From assembly GCA_951406725.2 (NCBI GenBank), contig OX597818.1:83390001-83454000 (forward strand): a stretch of 64,000 bases of DNA, written 5' to 3'. The notes under the pieces were generated by a model that worked only from the letters and a program-made list of their open reading frames with translations, had not been told where the DNA came from and searched no databases. The position numbers and the translations under genes were made by a program. The stretch is from Octopus vulgaris (Eukaryota). The first letter of the stretch is position 1, and every line of letters begins with the position of its first letter. Positions 56,328 through 64,000 of this stretch are shown here, one piece after another.

Positions 56328-57984
56328 TATGCGTAAGTATAGATATATACATGTGCATAAATATTATTACTTATATACAAAGATACAAAACACACGCACG
56401 CACACACACGCTCACATCTATACACGTATATGTATTTATGTGTCCATACGTGTCTAGGTGTATATATGTGTATAGACATGCACGCGCATATGCATACATT
56501 CACGTATATACACGCACACTGTTTAAATGCTCCTAAAATTGACTCCTCACAGCTTATTTAATGCCAACAACGAATAAGAGACAATTTAAGGAGGAAAGTA
56601 AAAGCATATAACGATTAAGAAAATTTTATATAAAAATAAAACGTAGAGAATGAAATTCTCAGAAACGGTGAAAAACATAACAAAGCATTTTTTCACACGC
56701 CTGTTCGCACATATATATTATTCTTATTATTTTTCACAGTTTCCTTTCTATTGTTGAGAATGTCAATAATACGCGTTTTAAAAAATACCGTTGAAAGACC
56801 TGTTAGTTAACGAAGCAAAATTTAATGCAGTGTACCTTAAGAAGCTTGGTTTTAGTATATGCCTTCTTGTATGTATGCATTTATCTCTGTAATTCTAAGT
56901 GTGTGGCTCTGTGTATGTGTATCTATCTATATGTATCTATGTGTGTGTGTTTGTATGTGTATGTATATATATATATATATTAATATGTATGTATGTTCAT
57001 ATGTATGTAGGTATATTTATATGCATTGTCAAATTTGTTAATATTTTTATTATAATCAAAATTCTATTTATCATATAGTTTTCATTTTATGAGTCAAATA
57101 CGGTCAGATTTTAAAATGACGTTTTATTAGCATCCATTTAAGATGAATGAAAACTTAAAAATGAATCTTTAGATAGATAGATAAATACATAATAGATAGA
57201 TAGCTTTATGCTTATATGTATATATGCACACACACACACTACACACACACACACATATATATATATACACACACCTACACACTTATGTACATATAAATAC
57301 GTATATGTGTATTTATGCGTGTGTGCGTACATGTGTGTTCGGAATTTTATATATATGCAATATTTATGCATATATATATATGTATTCTGAAGATAATGAA
57401 CAATAATATATATATATATATACCGCAGGAGAGACATTGTCTAGCATTCAATGCATTAGCATAAAGCTTTAATGGAAAGAAAAAGTGTCACGAGCTGTGG
57501 AGAGGGAGAGATAGCTAAAGTGAGAAAGGGACGAATAGAAGAGGAGAGGGACGGAGAAAGAGAGGGGGACGGGTAGAGAAGAAAGAGGGAGAACGAGTGA
57601 GTATTGACACTAATTATGAAAACCTATAATAGATAACATAAGAGAAAATGCCTGAAACGAATGATCGACATAAATACAAATATGCTAAGACGTTGCATAT
57701 ACGTAGTATGAGATATAAGTCAAGCAATGATTTCACAGTTGTCAACTTATGGTTCCGCAGTACTAGAAAATCGAAAAGTCCAAAGACCTCTGTTATCGAA
57801 AATCAAGTCCACAAACGTTTCACGTTTTGTACAAACGATTGACCACGAATCATTTTCCAAGGCCATCCTGACAGAACGAGTGGGTGGGAAGAGAAAAAAT
57901 AGACATCAAAAGCGTTTGTTGTGAGATGTTACCAAAGAATAACCAAAAATAATAACTTAACTAGTTATGTATATACGTACATAC

Positions 57985-58047
<63 letters not shown>

Positions 58048-58200
58048 TAATTTTTATTCTTTTCCTTGCTTCAGTTATTTGGCTGCGGTCATGCTGCAGC
58101 ACTGCCTTTAGTCGAACAAATCGACTCCAGGACTTGTTCTTTGTAACACACCGACATCGGTTGTTAAGCGATGTTGGGTGACAAAAAGACACACTAATAC

Positions 58201-58290
<90 letters not shown>

Positions 58291-59014
58291 TTGAGAGAGA
58301 GAGAGAGACGATGACGGGCTACTTTCAGTTTCCGTCTACCAAATCAACTTATAAGTCTTTGGTCGGTTTGAGGCTATGGGAGAAACACTTGCACAAATTG
58401 CCACGCAGTGGAACTTAACCCAGAAGCATGTGATTGGGAAGCAAGCTTTTTACCACACAGCCACACCTGTGCTTATATATATATATATATATACCTCCGC
58501 CATATATATATATATATATAAGAAGTGGAGGAAAACGTGGAAGGTGCAGATAGAAATGATGACAATGAAATAGTTTGATGAAATTAATTTAATAGCAGGA
58601 AAATTCTAATTTCACGACTAATTGTTTCGTTTACTTAAAAGATGTAAATATTTCATATTATTATATTTAATAATAAATAGATAACTTACTTGCCTGCATT
58701 AATGCAAAATGCAGAGAATCTTGGAGAAGTTAAGTTACGTAATAAATATTCTATATTAAGGAGCAATTTTTTAAAAACAAGTAATACCAAACTATTTCAA
58801 TTTATGTATCCTTTTCTCCGCTAGGCACAAGGCCCCAAATTTTGCGGGGGGGGGGGCATTCGATGAGATCGACCGCAGTACGCAACTGGTACTTAATTTA
58901 TCGACCCCGAAATGATGACAGGCAAAATTGACCTCGGTAGAATTTGAAAACAGAACGTAAAGAAAGACAGACAAAATTTTAAATTTATAAACTCATTTAA
59001 TCTTATATATACAT

Positions 59015-59180
59015 TGGCTGTGTGGTAAATAGCTTGCTTAGCAATCATATCGTTCCGGGTTCAGTTCCACTTCATGGAATCTTGGGCAAGTGTCTTCTAC
59101 TTTAACCTCGGGCCGACCAAAACCTTGTGAGTTGATCTGGTAGACGGAAACTGAAAGAAGCTCGTTGTATACACACACAC

Positions 59181-59222
<42 letters not shown>

Positions 59223-59403
59223 TTGTCCCCCCACCATCATTTTACAACAGTTGTTGGTGTGTTATTTTACCGTAACTTAGTAGTTCGGCAAAAAGGACCG
59301 ATAGAAGAAGGCTTACAAAAAATAAGTTCTTGAGTCGATGTATTCGACTAAAGGTGGCACTCCAGCATGACCGTAGTCAAATGACTGAACCAAATAAAAG
59401 AAT
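59015..59403 (+). mobile_element. Near full-length group B SINE
   Basis: TGGCTGTGTGGTAA..GGGTTCAGTTCC..CTTGGGCAAGTGTCTTCTAC.., internal microsatellite, tail to ..CAAATGACTGAACCAAATAAAAGAAT. Confidence 0.88.
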
Positions 59404-60296
59404 ATATATATATATGACGGGCTTCCACGCCGGTTCTGCCTACGAAATTCACTTGCGAGTCTCGGGTCAGTTCGGTGCTATCGTAGAAGGCGTCGCGTTG
59501 TGACACTGAACCTGAAACCACTTGGTCAAAAAGTTAGCGTATTTCCCACTTAGATATATCTGCACCATATATGTGCAATATAATTTTCTCTTAATTGTCC
59601 TCCCTTGTATAACATATACTATATACTTTTAATAAAGTGATCCGCATCTGGACATGAGCTTCCCGATTTTAATAAGTATGTATTTGACTTCATTATCCTC
59701 TACAATATGTAGAGTCTACATATTACTATGCACGAGTTTAAGGCAACACATTGCAATTTGAGGAAGATCTCGTGGCTATTTCTAGCAGTTCGAGCCATAA
59801 TGCAGAGTCACGTTTGTTGACAAGGTGCTTAGTGTATCACCACAAAATATTTTGTGATTTGAGGAAGATTTTGCTGTTAGTTTTAACTGAATGAGCTACA
59901 AAGCAAAAGCTGCGCCACAATTGAATATATAGTATGATCATATTTAAGTGTTTTTTTGAATAATATATTGTGTGTACGTGTGTATGTGTGTATGTGTGTG
60001 TATATGTGTGTTAGTGTGATACAAATATGAGATTACAATAACATGTAATACGGAATTTATCAGATGTTACCTTCTGGAAACAGAACAATCTGTTCTCAAA
60101 TATCAACATTCCAATGGGATTATATGCAAATATATCTACAGGCAATACAACATATAGACCTAAACAAACAGATGATGAGATAAGATAATATACCTGAAAA
60201 TGCGTTGAAAGCATAAAAATATCCAGTTCACACCTACAGAGCCGGACACGAACGTATAGACACATATATAATAACACACATATACACACATACACA

Positions 60297-60356
<60 letters not shown>

Positions 60357-60484
60357 AACATGCAACACACTATTTCCTTCTACCTCTCTCATTTTTCTCT
60401 CCAACACATTTAGTTATTTCGACAGGTATATGTGCGGAAATCTATGCTTATACCTGGTTATATATACATATATATATATATACC

Positions 60485-60519
<35 letters not shown>

Positions 60520-61277
60520 CTGTGTCTGTGTGTGTATGTATGTCTATATGATATATATATATATATATATGTATGTATATATATGCATGTATGTGTGTGT
60601 GTGTGTGCTATTTGCGTGTGTATGTATTTATAGATACATATATATATATACATATATATATGTATATATACATACAAACATTCATATGAATATAGATTAT
60701 ATAGATATAGATGCATAGAGAGAAAGAAAGACACACACAAACACACACACAAACACACACACATATATATATATACATATATATAAATACACATTGAGGA
60801 ACCGTGTGCGATAAAGATACATATATACAGAAAGTTATGTTACTAGATATATGTGTGTGTGTGTGTGCGTGTGTGTGTGTGTGAGTGTGTGTGTGTGTGT
60901 GTATGTGTGTGTGTGTAGATATGCACGCCCGACTGTATATGGACAGATATTCACATAAATAACACGTATGAATATGCTTTTGGGTGTATGTGCTCGTGTA
61001 TCTGAATGACTCTGTGTGTGTGTGTGCGTGCGTCTGTGTGTTTGTATGTGTATCGTGTTCAGTGATGGAGACACCTTGACGTCAAAGCTTTCCACACAAG
61101 TGTCGACAAGTTAATTGTTTCCTTCCACTGCTAACCTTTAGTGTTTTACATTTGTTTGCATACACTTACGTAGACACAGATAAGCTCTTTCGCGATAATC
61201 ACACATGCGCACACACATATGGAAATATATATAATTATGTGTATATAAATATATATTATGGGTATATGATTATATAA

Positions 61278-61327
<50 letters not shown>

Positions 61328-61333
<6 letters not shown>

Positions 61334-61952
61334 GAAAAATACAAACTGGGACAAGAACGTAAAACATTTAGAAGACACTACAAAAAACACGGAAGCCTTC
61401 AATCTTCAGTCAAAAACCGGATCATCCTCGCAATTTCGGCTGACTAATCGTGAGATCGCTCCGATCTGGCAAGCCCCAAGGAAAAACTAAGCTACGGGCA
61501 TTAGATTTCTTGGATCGAATGTATACGAAACAAGGACAGAAAAACGGACGATGCCACACGAATATAAATACAAAAAACAATAATACTAATAACAGGACAA
61601 AAACAGCGGTTGTCTTACGACTAATAGACAGTACAACTTAGTTTAGCAGGCGTATTTGGAAAAAAATGCCTTTATCGGCAGACGAAGACAACGATGTTCT
61701 CATGGCGCTGGTTAGAAACCGAAAGGCTGGTTGACTAGCGGTCACGTGAGAAGAGAAGAGAGAGTAAAACAAGGGGGCAAAGGAATCAAAGGGAGAAGGA
61801 GAAGTGGGACGAAGGCACCAAAAGGTGGGGAGAAGAGAGAGAAAGAAGGAATTAAAGTGGGGAAAAGAAAGAGAGCGTGCCAAGGATTGGCTTGGACAGA
61901 ATCAGTTAGGTGCAAAGAATCAGAGGCAAGAAAAGAGAAAAGGAGGAGGAGG

Positions 61953-61997
<45 letters not shown>

Positions 61998-62130
61998 GAC
62001 AGATCAAAGTAGTGTGCAAAGTGTGAAAGGCAGAGAAAAGTAGGAGAGAGAGACAGTGTTATAGAGTCGTACCAAATTTAAAGGAATATATACTTACATA
62101 CAAGGCCAAAGAGGGTACGGCGCCGCTGAG
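61328..62130 (-). mobile_element. Unclassified non-coding interspersed repeat in (TA)n, colinear copy
   Basis: Homologous to 40909-41659; (TA)n on both sides; purine-rich core. Confidence 0.7.
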
Positions 62131-62146
62131 TATATATATATATATA

Positions 62147-62548
62147 TACTCTTTTACTCTTTTACTTGTTTCAGTTATTTGACTGCAGCCATGCTGGAGC
62201 ACCGCCTTTTAGTCGAGCAAATCGACCCCCAGGGCCTATTCTTTGTAAGCTTAGTACTTATTCTATCGGTCGATTTTGCCGAACGGCTAAGTTACGGTGA
62301 CGTAAACACACCAGTATCGGTTGGGGGACAATCACAGACACACAAACACACACGCACACATACATATATATATATACGTATTAACAACGGACTTCTTTCA
62401 TTTTCTCTCTATCAAATTCACTCACAAGGCTTTTGTCGGCCCGTCCTTATAGTAGAAGACACCTGCCCAAGTTGCCACGCAGTGGGACCGAATCCGGAAC
62501 CATGTGGTTCGTAAGCAAGCTACTTACCACATAGCCACTCCTATGCCT
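62147..62548 (-). mobile_element. Full-length group B SINE
   Basis: Reverse complement of head, microsatellite and tail, ending in (AAAAGAGT)n-type repeats. Confidence 0.9.
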
Positions 62549-62759
62549 ATATCTATATATAAGATAGGAAATGATGTTAACGGCATTCTTTATTATAAAA
62601 CACTATAATTGTTTCGACACATACTTACTCCTTTACTACATCAGTGATATATCGTCTAATCACAAGGTGTATAATGCGCCTCCACATGTGCCAGTTCAAA
62701 CACATCCTTTGCCAGATTCTCTCGCTGTTTCATTCAGTGCGATAATGCATACGCAATGT

Positions 62760-63365
62760 GATGTAGTATTCCCAGCCTAGGACTGCTTTTATATAACCTC
62801 CTGCATTTGCAGTCCAGGTCATGAAGTTAACTGAAGGGGCAATGAATATGGGTCTCAAGGTGAAGCAAGAGGAGGCTGAACACCTCACACCACGAACCAA
62901 TTAGAATTGGCACCGCAGCACTTCCAGAGAACAAGAAGTTTGTGCGTCTAGGCATCCTTACGACAGGTGAAACGCAGGTGGATGTGATATCTTGGTTCGG
63001 CAAAATTCTGTATGCTTTGAACGGCCTTCAATCGGTCAGGAAGTCTAAAGCTATTTCTCTCAAAGTAAAATTCCGTATCTTGAAATCTAATCTCAAAGCT
63101 ATTTTTCTTTACGGGTTAGGACCTTGGAGGTTCACCAACGTCATAAAGAATAAGATACAAATCTTCATCAGCAAATATATTCACTACATTTTCAAGATCT
63201 AGTGGCTGGATGAAATTCCAAACACAAGTCTGTGGAATAGGATAAAGCAAAATCCCATTAATCAAGAAATTCTTAAATGGAAACGGAACTGGATCGGTCA
63301 CACACTAAGGAGACATTCAAGCAGCATTTTAGGACAATACTTAATACATAAAATATTCGAGGCCC
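62760..63365 (+). mobile_element. RTE-clade LINE ORF fragment, pseudogenised
   Basis: KSKAISLKVKFRILKSNLKAIFLYGLGPW..KIQIFISK..FKI*WLDEIPNTSLW..QEILKWKRNWIGHTLRR. Confidence 0.88.
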
Positions 63366-63397
63366 TGTTCACTTTGCAGAATAATATGAACCTAACC

Positions 63398-63490
<93 letters not shown>

Positions 63491-64000
63491 TATATACATA
63501 TTTGGGGGTGGGGTGTATATGTGGGTGTGGTTGGATGTCTGTGTGTGTGTTTTTGTGTGTGAGTGTTGGTGGTTACAATGTGCTTCTTCGAAATATTTTT
63601 TTACTCAAGAAAACTATGCACTACCACTCCGGGAATCGAAACCACGATATTGCGAACATTTTCTCGGTATAACACCCGAAACACTATGAGAGACTTCGTC
63701 ACATACATGTACACAGGTACTCAGGTACACGCACATATATACATACACATGTATATACGTTTATATACATACATGTATACACATATAAGTATCTGTTTGT
63801 TTGTGTACGTATATAATATTATACACTACGATATTTCATCTCTTTAACATGTTATGCATGATAGGCAGTAATATTTCTTTCTTTTTAGAAACCTTCAGCA
63901 TGACATAACCGGAGGTACATTAATGAAATGTTATGAATGTTATAGTGCAAGGCATTTCTTATAGATGGGGTATAATGACTCTTTGGAAAAATATTTTTAT

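Overview
AT-rich animal genomic DNA with dense microsatellites ((TA)n, (CA)n, (TAGA)n, (TAA)n, (ATG)n) and no confidently identifiable host gene; most ORF-track entries are microsatellite artefacts. The SINE repertoire suggests a cephalopod, probably octopus (inference). The window is a patchwork of mobile elements: three tRNA-derived SINE groups, mariner elements, Helitrons, CR1-like and RTE LINE fragments, and at least four Penelope-like retroelement (PLE) coding fragments. The most interesting signal is RNA structure. Seven near-canonical type I hammerhead ribozyme (HHR) folds plus several decayed ones were read by eye. They belong to several sequence families, nearly all have a self-complementary stem III, several have an unusually long structured stem II, and most sit in or beside (TA)n tracts. 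They occur at the 3' end of GIY-YIG PLEs, as 150-570 bp solo units, and as 130-310 bp non-coding palindromes with one HHR on each strand. All folds and alignments are manual, and ribozyme activity is untested.
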